Virus record (IMG/VR): IMGVR_UViG_3300032007_000002
Strand: one strand, 5' to 3'
DNA length: 64,000 nucleotides
From: a virus
Taxonomy: Duplodnaviria; Heunggongvirae; Uroviricota; Caudoviricetes
Shown in pieces: positions 1 through 8,796 of the stretch. The position numbers and the translations under genes are program-made. Position 1 is the stretch's first letter; every line of letters begins with the position of its first letter. Below the pieces are notes generated by a model, which made no database searches, had not been told where the DNA came from, and saw only the letters and a program-made list of their open reading frames with translations.

Positions 1-2
1 TA

Positions 3-1838
3 GATATAGCGGACAACGCCGTTCGCGAACATGCTCTCGTCCTTGACGAGCTTGGTGACGAAATAGCGCTTGCCGATTGACAGGGTGCTGCAATCGAAAA
101 CCACCGTGCGGACTGCCGCGCTGGAGACCTGCATGAAGTGCCGGTCCATCGGGTCATCGACCGCCGTCAGCAAAAGCAAGTCCCCCGCGGAAGGCATCGT
201 GTCGCCGGAATAGACACAGTCGGCGTTGCTGTCCGAACTTGCGGTGATGATACCGCCGCGGACGCGGGTGATGTTGACCTTCTTCCCGTATGAGGAACGG
301 GCCACGCGGACACCCTCGCTGAGGAAATACTGCGTATATTCGATACCGTCGATAAACACTCCGGTAACCTTGTCGCGGATCATAGCGACCCCTTCCCACA
401 TGAGGTCGTCGGAATACACCGGGTCGCCGATATTAAGGTCGCCGTGGTCCAGATAGAAGCCGTCACCGCCGCAGAGGCGAGAACTCGGGACATATCCCTC
501 ATACACGACATCGTTCACGATGTCGGCATCGCGGTAGCCGCGGAAGGAGGCCTTCCCGGAGCTTATCGTCCCGTGACCGCAGAGAGGAACCTGCGCGTTC
601 CACTTGACCACCGTCTTCGGGTGTTCGTAGTCGAGGGACCAGTAGCTCTCGAACAGCGGATATTGGGTGAAATCGTACTGGGTGATGTTCTCCACGATTG
701 CCGTCATGTCGCAGGCGCGTGTGGGCACGAGCGTGAGCGTGACGAGACCGTCCACCGCCATCGTCGAAGACGGGTCGGGGAAGCTCATCTTGAACTCGTA
801 GTAAACGTCCTTGTTCTTGCGGTGGACGAGATAGCAGTATGCCCCGTCCGCGATTGTCGGGAGCTGCTTGAACGTAAGGCGGAGCACGCCGGAAGTGTAT
901 TCGGCGGTCGCGATTGCGCACTTCTCGGTGACATCGGCCTGGGACGGGTCCTTCGCCATGTCCCCGCCGTCATCGGAAAGGTTCACGATGTTGGCCGTGC
1001 TCATGTCGCGCATGTAGAACATGCCGGTCGGGAAACCGTTCTTCCATGAATATACGGAGCTGTCGGTAGATACGAGGGACGTCCTGATGTGGTCGCCCGG
1101 GTTCACGACGTAGTTGAGGTAGTCAACCACGAGGTTTCCGTTCTCGCCGCTCTCAACCGTGCGGGAAACCGACGACACATGGAAGCGGAAATAGACTTCG
1201 TAGTAGTTGATCCCGTTTACCGTCTTCAGGTACCGGGCATAGACGCTCCCCACCTCGTCAACGACGAAGGAAACCACGCTGTCCGTGGTATTGTCGGTCC
1301 CGTCGAACGGGTCCTGGGAATTTCCCATCGGGTCGGGGCGGAGACTGTCGGAAGCCTTGTCATAGTAATAGGGGTGGACATCGCCACCGGCAAACTCGAC
1401 ATAGACTACCTGGCCGTCGGCAACGCCGGTCCCGAGACCCCTGATCGAGGCATTGGGAACCACGTCCTCCTTCTCGGTCTGGACGCGCATGGTGACCGGA
1501 TATTCCGCGTTGACATTGCCCAGGGCGGCGTTGCTGCGCACGTTGTTGCGCGGCGCGGAAAGGAGCAGGATGGGGGATGCCCTGTGCATGGCGTGCTCGA
1601 ACATGTCCTTCAACTTGGACTGTGTCTGCTTGACACGGAACACGTCGGTTTCGGAACACACCCGGACAATCTCGAACTCGGTGGTCGTCCGCAGGTTGCG
1701 ATATGCGTTGTTGATGTAGTCGCTCATCACCTGGACGAACTCTACAACGTCGGGCTCCGTCTTCAGGAAGTCCGGGAGGTAGGCGACAAAGTCGCTGTGT
1801 CTAAACTGACCGCCGTCGTTATACGGTATCGCTCTCAT
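3..1838 (-). CDS. Baseplate wedge subunit, T4 gp7-like (3' end runs off the window; not in the ORF track)
   Basis: ATG at 1838 overlaps the gp6 stop (TAATG). The frame reads MRAIPYNDGGQFRHSDFVAYLPDFLKTEPDVVEFVQVMSDY... and stays open to the window edge. The LPDFL..EFV N-terminus and position after gp6 fit gp7. Confidence 0.65.
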   Translation of the reverse strand, partial: MRAIPYNDGGQFRHSDFVAYLPDFLKTEPDVVEFVQVMSDYINNAYRNLRTTTEFEIVRVCSETDVFRVKQTQSKLKDMFEHAMHRASPILLLSAPRNNVRSNAALGNVNAEYPVTMRVQTEKEDVVPNASIRGLGTGVADGQVVYVEFAGGDVHPYYYDKASDSLRPDPMGNSQDPFDGTDNTTDSVVSFVVDEVGSVYARYLKTVNGINYYEVYFRFHVSSVSRTVESGENGNLVVDYLNYVVNPGDHIRTSLVSTDSSVYSWKNGFPTGMFYMRDMSTANIVNLSDDGGDMAKDPSQADVTEKCAIATAEYTSGVLRLTFKQLPTIADGAYCYLVHRKNKDVYYEFKMSFPDPSSTMAVDGLVTLTLVPTRACDMTAIVENITQYDFTQYPLFESYWSLDYEHPKTVVKWNAQVPLCGHGTISSGKASFRGYRDADIVNDVVYEGYVPSSRLCGGDGFYLDHGDLNIGDPVYSDDLMWEGVAMIRDKVTGVFIDGIEYTQYFLSEGVRVARSSYGKKVNITRVRGGIITASSDSNADCVYSGDTMPSAGDLLLLTAVDDPMDRHFMQVSSAAVRTVVFDCSTLSIGKRYFVTKLVKDESMFANGVVRYI

Positions 1839-4471
1839 TAGGTATCCATCGAAGTCTTAAGTGAGACATTGTAATCGACAGAAAGCTCGATGCCCTCGGT
1901 AGGAATCACTATCTGCACGATTTCGTTGCGGTTGGAATAGTTGGTGATGTTGCCCTGCTCGTCGATGAGCGACGCGCACACGTAGTATTCGAGCACGTTG
2001 CGCACCAGCTTGATATACTCCTGGCCATAGCGCATGTAGCTGTAAAGGCCGGAACCGTTGATTTCGGCCATGCCGACCACATTCTCGGTGTCCTTGAACG
2101 TAAGCCCGTCAGCTTCCATGCTCCATCCCTTGATGGCGTTGATTACGTCATAGAGACGCCCGGCAGTGGCCACGTCGCCGGTAGTGCGGGCCTCGGTCAG
2201 CGCCGCGTAAACCGGGGTGAAAATCTCCTGCATCACCTGTTCCCAGATGTAGGCGACGAACGTATCGATCTGCTTGTCGGACAGCTTGCCGGCAGCGAGT
2301 TTCGGCGCAACGTTCTGCTTGTAGAACTCCTGGATGCGGGTCTGCATGCTGCCCTGGTCCATATCGCCAGTCTGCTTGCGCATCTTGAATACGTCCTGGT
2401 GGAGGGAAGCGGATGCCTCCCCGGCATAGCGATACTGCAAGGTGAACTCGTTGCCCTCGTCATCGACGGAATCCGGCGTGATGTACTCGTAGGTCAGTTC
2501 GCCGAGCCACGGGAGGGTGGCAAGGTCGAGGTTGCGGAAGCCGTCGTCAACCGGCTCGAAACGGACATCCACACCGGCCACCTCGACCATCTGGTGGATG
2601 AGCGCCTCGATACGGGAGCGGTAGATCGGGACGGAGAATTCCGTGTTGTCCTTCAAGTAGGCATAGACCACGTTCTTGATGCGGTCGCGGATGTCCGTGA
2701 ACTTGTTGCCCTTGTAGAGGGTAACGTCCATGAGCAGCTGCATCGTGTGCACGGACGGATAGACGTAGGAGTGGAACCCGCCACCGACGGTAAGCATGCC
2801 GCGGCGGTTGAGCGCGACCATGATGGAGTGCAGCTCGGAACCCGGCTCGACGAAATCCATCGGGCTGAGGTTCGCATTGAACACCTTGTAGTCAAGCGGG
2901 TATTTCGGGATAAGGGCGGTAAGGTAGTTCGAGACGATTTCGTTGGCGAAGCCTTCCGGGTCAGCCGCGCCGTCCACCCAGCGGCTGCCGAGATGGTTGG
3001 CGGCAAGGTCGGAAGCCAGCTTCGCACGGATTGCCTCAATCGTATTCCGCAGCTCGGTCTGGTTCACTGCGCCGATCGAATCGACATCCTGGTAATCGTA
3101 TTCCCAGGTGTACATGAGGCCGTTGACCTTCGCGCCGGAAAGGAAATACTCGTCGGAAGTGGTCGGGTAGTAAGTGCCCTCGCGCTCGCGGTAGAGGTCC
3201 TTCAACGCGGAGAAACGCACCTGGTTCATGTACTTCACGTTGATGCCACCGTTCCTCAGTTTCGTGTTGAGGATGTCCTCGCCGAAGGCAATCGCATACT
3301 TCACGTCCGCATAGCGGCGGAGGAACACGCTGTAACTCGTGCCGTTGATGAGGTGGTCGAGGGTGTTGTAGATTTCCGGGGAGTTGTTCTTGATGGACTC
3401 GGCGCTTTCCATCGGCTGGCCACCGCTGATGTCGGTAGTGAGCGCGATGTTGAGGTCGTTAATCGTGATGTCGCTCTCGGAACCGTCGGCCTGCGTAATC
3501 GTGATGCTGGATGCGGATGTCGAGAGGGTGGAGCCGGAAACGTTGGTCAGGTTGCCCGCTTCGCCATGCGTGGAGAAGTAGGTTACGGAGATGACGCCGT
3601 AAGGGATTGCCGCCTTGAGGCCGTCGCTGAACTTCATCTGGACGTTGCCGTCGTTGGACGTGTTCAGGATTACGGTATAGTTGGTCGTGTAGCTGCCGGA
3701 ACCCGGGACAAAGCCGGAAAGGTCGTTGGCGGAAGAATCCTTGGACGGATCCGTGAAACCGCGGCGCGAAATTCGCCAGTAGAGACGGTCGGCCATGACG
3801 GAATCCATATCGACCCCGTCAACGAGCGTCGCGTCGGAAGTCACCGTCGTGAAACCCGACGCGCGGTGCGAGACATTGCCGTCATCGGCATAATTCGGGT
3901 CGCTTTCGCCGAAATAGTCGGCAAACGTGGGGTCGTTGATGATGAATACCTGGTGCTGCTTGCCGGAAGACACGAAGTTCACCGTCTTGCTGATGCCTTC
4001 CGCGAGGACGGCATAGCCGCTTACGAGCGTCATGAGGCCCGTGTGGTTCGCGTCCAGATTGCGGTCATAGGAGAACTCCATGTCGGACATGGCGGTAAGC
4101 GTAAGCCCGCCGAGGGCAAATTCGCAGCCCTTCGGGATGAACACGCGGATCGTGTCATACTGGCCCGTCGTCGTGGTCTGAATACCGACACCCGCCTTTG
4201 CAGGGACGGGGCGTCTCGGGCTGTAACCGAGCATACGGCCACCGGCATAGATGGACCCGAGGTTGGTCGCCGTTTCCAGGAAAGCGTTCTGGAAGGACGA
4301 TTCCGCATAATACGCCATGAGGTCCGCGGTGCCCGCGAACAGGTCGAGGAGGATGCGACCGTATGAGCTGTCGGAGAGGTCAGCGAGGGGTCCGCCCTTG
4401 GCCTTCAAAATGGTCATCAGTTCGGACTGGATGTCCTCGAACCGTATTTTAGTATATTTCCTGGCTGCCAT
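1838..4471 (-). CDS. gp6: Baseplate wedge subunit, T4 gp6-like (877 aa)
   Basis: N-terminal FEDIQSEL...LLDLFA...YYAE...FLETA...LGYSPRRPVPA, internal KFSDG and GGQPMESAESIK..PEIY motifs typical of gp6/baseplate J. Confidence 0.85.
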   Translation of the reverse strand: MAARKYTKIRFEDIQSELMTILKAKGGPLADLSDSSYGRILLDLFAGTADLMAYYAESSFQNAFLETATNLGSIYAGGRMLGYSPRRPVPAKAGVGIQTTTTGQYDTIRVFIPKGCEFALGGLTLTAMSDMEFSYDRNLDANHTGLMTLVSGYAVLAEGISKTVNFVSSGKQHQVFIINDPTFADYFGESDPNYADDGNVSHRASGFTTVTSDATLVDGVDMDSVMADRLYWRISRRGFTDPSKDSSANDLSGFVPGSGSYTTNYTVILNTSNDGNVQMKFSDGLKAAIPYGVISVTYFSTHGEAGNLTNVSGSTLSTSASSITITQADGSESDITINDLNIALTTDISGGQPMESAESIKNNSPEIYNTLDHLINGTSYSVFLRRYADVKYAIAFGEDILNTKLRNGGINVKYMNQVRFSALKDLYREREGTYYPTTSDEYFLSGAKVNGLMYTWEYDYQDVDSIGAVNQTELRNTIEAIRAKLASDLAANHLGSRWVDGAADPEGFANEIVSNYLTALIPKYPLDYKVFNANLSPMDFVEPGSELHSIMVALNRRGMLTVGGGFHSYVYPSVHTMQLLMDVTLYKGNKFTDIRDRIKNVVYAYLKDNTEFSVPIYRSRIEALIHQMVEVAGVDVRFEPVDDGFRNLDLATLPWLGELTYEYITPDSVDDEGNEFTLQYRYAGEASASLHQDVFKMRKQTGDMDQGSMQTRIQEFYKQNVAPKLAAGKLSDKQIDTFVAYIWEQVMQEIFTPVYAALTEARTTGDVATAGRLYDVINAIKGWSMEADGLTFKDTENVVGMAEINGSGLYSYMRYGQEYIKLVRNVLEYYVCASLIDEQGNITNYSNRNEIVQIVIPTEGIELSVDYNVSLKTSMDT

Positions 4472-4494
4472 TCTCTTGATCCAAAACTTATCCC

Positions 4495-4503
4495 TAGTTT
4501 ATA
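4495..4503 (-). promoter_or_regulatory. Putative late promoter TATAAACTA (gp6 operon)
   Basis: One of ~19 copies of a TAAACT-core motif upstream of structural genes; resembles T4 late TATAAATA. Confidence 0.7.
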
Positions 4504-4543
4504 GTCCCGGAGGGGTCGCGGAGCAGTTTTCGGACCGCCGGAC

Positions 4544-4552
4544 TCTAAACTA
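4544..4552 (+). promoter_or_regulatory. Putative late promoter TCTAAACTA (gp14, possibly leaderless)
   Basis: Motif ends 5 nt before ATG 4558. Confidence 0.6.
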
Positions 4553-4557
4553 TTGGC

Positions 4558-5571
4558 ATGCCCGAACTCATACTCGACATCAAGGCGAACGTCCGCCACA
4601 CATCGCGGCTCGTTCCCAATTTCAGCGTCCTAGCGAACGTATCAATGCCGTTCTGGAACAAGCGTGCCCAGGGTTTCGTCGAGCGCCCCGAAAAGATACA
4701 GGCCAACCAGCCCGAGTTCGAGCATACGGAAGACAAGGGCTACACCTACCACTTCCGCCAGCACAACTCGTTCCGTGACCAGAACCGCTACGACGTCATG
4801 ATCAAGGCGGTGATGAAGCGCCAGGCCGGCACGAAGTTCGCCTACTACACGACCACGTTCAACGTCGACTCGGACCCCCTCCACAAGGAGGACAACAACC
4901 GCACGATAGACCGGTACTTCGAGATACCGGCACTGGTCGGTTTCAACCCGCAGAACGAGCTTTACAAGCGCTTCGGGCTCCAGTACACGGCAAAGCAGGA
5001 AATCTACCTCCACATGCCGCTGTTCCTGGAAAGGAACTACGCGAGCCTCCGCAGGGAAGGCGTGATGCCGAAATGCGACCCGAAGGAGCACAACCCCATC
5101 TGGTGGCAGCGCGGTTACGAGGAATTTCGTTACTTCGGATATACGGCGGACCAGATTTTCCCCAAGGCGGGGGACAAGCTGAAACCGCTCTACGACAACA
5201 AGCTCTATAACGTCAGCAGTGTCACCGACGAGATCCCGGAATACGAATACAAGTGGAGAAAGTATTTCTGGAAGCTCTACCTCGAAGTCGCACTCGACAA
5301 CGGCATGCAGGTCTCCGAGAGCGTGAAGAACGACCCGGAGCAGCGCCACTTCATCGACAACCTCCTCGGCCTGAACAACCTTCAGCCGGGCACCACCGGG
5401 GAACAGCAGGCCACGAGCATCACCCCGGGCTACGCCTTCGATGTCTCGGACATCGTGGACGAGATGAAGAAGGACGTCCTGTTCCACCCGCCGGAAGTCA
5501 AGAAGTGCGTCAAGAACGTCACGCAGGACCCGGACTGGTATGCCTGCAGCAACAAGTTCGGCATGTGGTAA
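4558..5571 (+). CDS. gp14: Neck protein, T4 gp14-like
   Basis: RFGLQYTAKQEIYLH and PKAGD...KLYNVSSV motifs of gp14-type head-closure proteins. Confidence 0.65.
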   Translation: MPELILDIKANVRHTSRLVPNFSVLANVSMPFWNKRAQGFVERPEKIQANQPEFEHTEDKGYTYHFRQHNSFRDQNRYDVMIKAVMKRQAGTKFAYYTTTFNVDSDPLHKEDNNRTIDRYFEIPALVGFNPQNELYKRFGLQYTAKQEIYLHMPLFLERNYASLRREGVMPKCDPKEHNPIWWQRGYEEFRYFGYTADQIFPKAGDKLKPLYDNKLYNVSSVTDEIPEYEYKWRKYFWKLYLEVALDNGMQVSESVKNDPEQRHFIDNLLGLNNLQPGTTGEQQATSITPGYAFDVSDIVDEMKKDVLFHPPEVKKCVKNVTQDPDWYACSNKFGMW

Positions 5572-5573
5572 CG

Positions 5574-5604
5574 CAAAAGCCCGCGGTTTCCCGCGGGCTG
5601 TTTT
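5574..5604. terminator. Bidirectional intrinsic terminator
   Basis: Stem AGCCCGCGG/CCGCGGGCT (5578-5599) flanked by A and T runs between convergent genes. Confidence 0.8.
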
Positions 5605-5630
5605 ATTCGGATTCCTATTATGGCAAATTC

Positions 5631-7439
5631 TTACTGCATCTGGCCGGGGAACGGAGTATCGACCCCGAGCGTAGCATGCTTTATGGGAAGATTATACGGA
5701 GGATCCTGTTCCGGCTTCGGCATGTTGTTCCAGAAGCCAGGCTGCCCGCCGCTCCCATCGTCAAGGAAGTTGGTATGGGATGCCGCGTTACGCTGCTCGA
5801 TGACAGTGAAGGTTTCCATCAGCATCTCCGGCGTGTAGGTCCCGGCAAACGTACCGTCGATTGCCACATGCGAGAAGATGTTGTAGATGTCCGCCGGGGT
5901 AAAGTTGCGGGCGATGATGGCATCCTTCACACCGTCGAACTCCGGCGCAGTAAAGTCAGTCTTCGACTGCCCATTCACTGCGGCATCATACGTCGGAAGC
6001 AGGTAGTTGAGCTGTTCCCGGGTAAGTTTGCCAATCGTTTCCACTTCGTCAATGCGGCCGCTGCGGCGGATGATGGTGCTGTTTACCACGCTCGGGTCGT
6101 TCATCGTGCAGCAGAACAGGTACGACACCCCGTCGCTAGTATGGAGCTCGTTCAGACGGTCAAACACCTCGATCCACTTGGAAATGTGGCGGTCCTTCGC
6201 ATTGTCCTTCTTGACCCATCCGTCAAGGTCGTCGCAGAGAATAATCACGTTGCGCATCACGCGGATGAACTCGTACATGTTGCGGAGCGCCTGGGGGCGG
6301 TCCAACATGTCCGGTTCCAGGCGGATTGTCATGTATTCCGGGAAACGGTCGGAAATCTGGCGCATAAGCGTGCTCTTGCCGCAGCCAGGACTGCCGACGA
6401 AGCAGATACCACGATGCAGGCCCTTGTCGAACATCGTCCTGAAGGACTTGACATAGGCACCGAACTTTTCCGGCAGCGGCTTGTAATCGACAACTGCGCG
6501 TTTCTGCGGGTTCAGCGCACCGTTTTCCGTAAACGAATACACGAACTTCTTGGTGTCGAGGAACTTGCGGGTAATGCTCATCATGATCGTGCCCGGCAGG
6601 TCTTCGGGGAGTTTCTCCTCGCCCATGTTGGCAATGATTACCGAAATGGGACGCGGTTCGTTCATGCCGTTCCGCATGATCTCGGCCTGCTGCATCATAC
6701 GGTTGTATTCTTCGGTTCCCGGTGCAGGCGGGTTCGATGACTCGTAGTGAACCGGGGAATCAAGACTCATCACGAACGCGATGAAACTGTCGCCAACCTG
6801 GACACATACATACGGGTCGAACGAACCTTCGTATTCGCGCTTCGACGTAATCCTGAGCAAAGCCGAGTTCACCGGAATGCATTCCTCGATGTTTGTCGCC
6901 ACGGGGCGGACCTTATAAGTCTTCCCGTTATGGACTACATCCATCGGGACATCGGAATCGCCAAACCTGAACAGGAAATTCTTCTCGCGAGAGCTTGCCG
7001 CCACGATTGAGCGGGACACCAGATTGATTTTCGTGATGGGGATATTTTCATACTTGGTCCCGACAAGATCAGTATGCTGGATATTATACCACACTCGCTG
7101 GTTCGGCGTGCTGGAGAACGAGAACAGCTTATCGACACCGCGGGCAATGGTATATTCGGCGAGGACGTTCCGGGCGCACGAAAGATATGCCGCGATGACC
7201 GGGTGCCCGCTACGGGCGGCAATCGTGCACATGACATGGGACACGGAAAGGAGAGCACATGTACCGCGATACCCCATTGCTGCGCTGCTGGTGTCGGCAG
7301 TCACAAGCGCCTTTGCCGCGCGTTTGAGATTGTCCTTGACCGACAGACGACGGCTGAACTTCGGCATGCCGAGTGTGCTTACTATCCTGTCGATGTCAAA
7401 GATAAGGTTCGTTGCGGAGGCTTCGTCATACTTCATCAT
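5631..7439 (-). CDS. AAA+ ATPase with long N-terminal extension (602 aa)
   Basis: Walker A GSPGCGKS, Walker B IILCDDLD, sensor TMND, arginine finger RRSGRID. Confidence 0.85.
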   Translation of the reverse strand: MMKYDEASATNLIFDIDRIVSTLGMPKFSRRLSVKDNLKRAAKALVTADTSSAAMGYRGTCALLSVSHVMCTIAARSGHPVIAAYLSCARNVLAEYTIARGVDKLFSFSSTPNQRVWYNIQHTDLVGTKYENIPITKINLVSRSIVAASSREKNFLFRFGDSDVPMDVVHNGKTYKVRPVATNIEECIPVNSALLRITSKREYEGSFDPYVCVQVGDSFIAFVMSLDSPVHYESSNPPAPGTEEYNRMMQQAEIMRNGMNEPRPISVIIANMGEEKLPEDLPGTIMMSITRKFLDTKKFVYSFTENGALNPQKRAVVDYKPLPEKFGAYVKSFRTMFDKGLHRGICFVGSPGCGKSTLMRQISDRFPEYMTIRLEPDMLDRPQALRNMYEFIRVMRNVIILCDDLDGWVKKDNAKDRHISKWIEVFDRLNELHTSDGVSYLFCCTMNDPSVVNSTIIRRSGRIDEVETIGKLTREQLNYLLPTYDAAVNGQSKTDFTAPEFDGVKDAIIARNFTPADIYNIFSHVAIDGTFAGTYTPEMLMETFTVIEQRNAASHTNFLDDGSGGQPGFWNNMPKPEQDPPYNLPIKHATLGVDTPFPGQMQ

Positions 7440-7546
7440 ACGATGTCCCCCCTGAACTTGCGCACCAGGTTATAGATGAAACGCCCCGCGAAAAACGCGA
7501 TTGCGACGAGCTGGATGCAGTTGATGATTTTCTGATGTGTTTTCAT
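7436..7546 (-). CDS. Small membrane peptide (36 aa, not in the ORF track)
   Basis: MKTHQKIINCIQLVAIAFFAGRFIYNLVRKFRGDIV*; hydrophobic core followed by basic residues; ATGA overlap with the ATPase start. Confidence 0.55.
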   Translation of the reverse strand: MKTHQKIINCIQLVAIAFFAGRFIYNLVRKFRGDIV

Positions 7547-7603
7547 GTCAAACCCTTGAAAATGCAGTCGCTTCGGTTCCCCGCTACCATATCCAACGGG
7601 ACC

Positions 7604-7853
7604 CGCATTTGGCTTCCGGTCTAGTCGGGCATCGCACGGACCAAGCAGTATAGGGAGTGACTGTTGCGAACGTTGTAACTTTAAGAACTTTACGAACGCC
7701 CTCGGAACACTTTCCTGTCGCCGTGCCGTACCTGAGCTGAACGGAACTAGCCGGACCGGTCGACACCAAATTTCCTCGTAGCGTTTTGCACATACCGTGC
7801 AGCAACGATCTTCTTTGGCGTGCGACGTGGTGGCATTGACCGGAGCCGTTGCG
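7604..7853 (-). ncRNA. Putative structured ncRNA / 3' RNA element with periodic repeats
   Basis: Nested long-range complementarity: 7838-7847 with 7611-7621, 7819-7825 with 7632-7638, 7815-7818 with 7641-7644, 7850-7853 with 7604-7607. Internal hairpin 7787-7801. 5-nt and 9-nt periodic tracts inside. Confidence 0.6.
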
Positions 7854-7857
7854 ACCG

Positions 7858-8427
7858 TTAATTAGTGGCTTCTTCCTTCCCCAGACCGATCTTCTTGGCG
7901 ATTTCTTCATCGAGCGGGAACTGCACAACGGTTTCCGCATTATATGCAGAAAGGGCGTCTTCGAGCGTGTTCTTCTGGTTGATGTCTGTCATGATACGCT
8001 TTTCGAGGAACTCCGTGGACGGAGCGGTGCGCTGGAGCTGCGTAATGATGTAGTTGCCATGAACCTGGTCAAGGACACGTTCGGAAGTCTTGGCGTCCTT
8101 TGCTCGGGTAAGCATGCTCTGTTCGATGCGGAGGGCAGCGTCAACGCGGGCGATGTCGGCAAGAAGGTGCTGGCCCTTGCCGTTCACGTCCTCGATTGCC
8201 TTCACGATAATCGACTTGGCGTAAAGAAGCGCGTCATAGAACGCAAATTCTTCCTCGATACTGGACTTGTTGAGACGTCCATTGACATCGGCAACGGCTT
8301 CGTCATAAGCATAGGTAGGGAACTTGATGAGCAAGTCCTCTTCCTTGCGGATTAGGTCGCAGAGCTTCTTGCGGATGCTGAACGCCTTGGCAAGGCTCAC
8401 GCTATGGATAGTGGTTTCATTGGCCAT
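7858..8427 (-). CDS. Coiled-coil protein, DIP1984/DUF6847-like (189 aa; start corrected to MANETTIH)
   Basis: GAGG RBS and promoter motif precede ATG 8427. N-terminal SLAKAFSIRKKL and C-terminal LEDALSAYNAETVV resemble this family (recalled, not searched). Confidence 0.55.
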   Translation of the reverse strand: MANETTIHSVSLAKAFSIRKKLCDLIRKEEDLLIKFPTYAYDEAVADVNGRLNKSSIEEEFAFYDALLYAKSIIVKAIEDVNGKGQHLLADIARVDAALRIEQSMLTRAKDAKTSERVLDQVHGNYIITQLQRTAPSTEFLEKRIMTDINQKNTLEDALSAYNAETVVQFPLDEEIAKKIGLGKEEATN

Positions 8428-8445
8428 AATTTTACCTCTGCGGTA

Positions 8446-8458
8446 AAATATAGCAAAA
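8446..8458 (-). promoter_or_regulatory. Putative early/host-type promoter TTTTGCTATATTT
   Basis: Recurs at 8747-8759, 38184-38196, 46973-46985 and 50261-50273, always upstream of non-structural genes. Confidence 0.65.
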
Positions 8459-8459
8459 A

Positions 8460-8741
8460 TCACCGCGCGTATTTCAGTTTGCAGTACAAAAGGATAGAAA
8501 GGAGGGTAGTCGCAATCCCGTAGTTGAAATACAGGGGCAGGTGCAGAGTGCCGTTCACGACGTCGCCGTATGCGACATATTCGGCAGTAGCGAGGTTCCC
8601 GACATAGGACAGGGCCAGGAAACCCCAGGAAAGCTGGCTCGCGTCCTTGGCACGGAGACAGGCGATAACCTGGGGCAGGAGACATACGGCAAATGCGACT
8701 GAACCGCAAATGCCGGAGAAATTGGAGAACAGTTCGAGCAT
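8460..8741 (-). CDS. PQ-loop / SemiSWEET-type small membrane transporter
   Basis: 93 aa, three hydrophobic helices, LPQV....RAKDASQLS motif. Confidence 0.8.
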   Translation of the reverse strand: MLELFSNFSGICGSVAFAVCLLPQVIACLRAKDASQLSWGFLALSYVGNLATAEYVAYGDVVNGTLHLPLYFNYGIATTLLSILLYCKLKYAR

Positions 8742-8754
8742 AGTCCAAATATAG

Positions 8755-8780
8755 AAAAATGGACCGGGACCCGGTCCATC
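8755..8780 (-). terminator. Intrinsic terminator after gp13
   Basis: ATGGACCGG/CCGGTCCAT stem followed by a T run on the minus strand. Confidence 0.7.
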
Positions 8781-8796
8781 TTTGGCTGGAATGTTG

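Noticed and set aside
1800-1808. TCTAAACTG late-like motif on the + strand
   Set aside because: Lies inside the gp7-like coding sequence and points antisense to gp6; probably chance
2399-4366. Long antisense ORFs (also 15232-16968, 38446-40062, 45174-46802, 53160-54641 and others)
   Set aside because: Shadow frames of GC-rich genes with strong codon bias; the opposite strands encode recognisable proteins
7663-7747. Periodic tracts as a CRISPR array or tRNA
   Set aside because: Units are 5-9 nt with no spacers; no cloverleaf or T-loop consensus; no cas genes in the window
7584-7940. 118-aa ORF across the putative ncRNA
   Set aside because: Overlaps the upstream gene out of frame, has no RBS and atypical composition; the nested base-pairing explains the region better
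7858-8748. ORF-track start at 8748 (296 aa)
   Set aside because: Overlaps the PQ-loop gene; promoter motif and RBS support 8427. Similar start corrections were made for hsp20, Dps-like, gp55, UvsY and others
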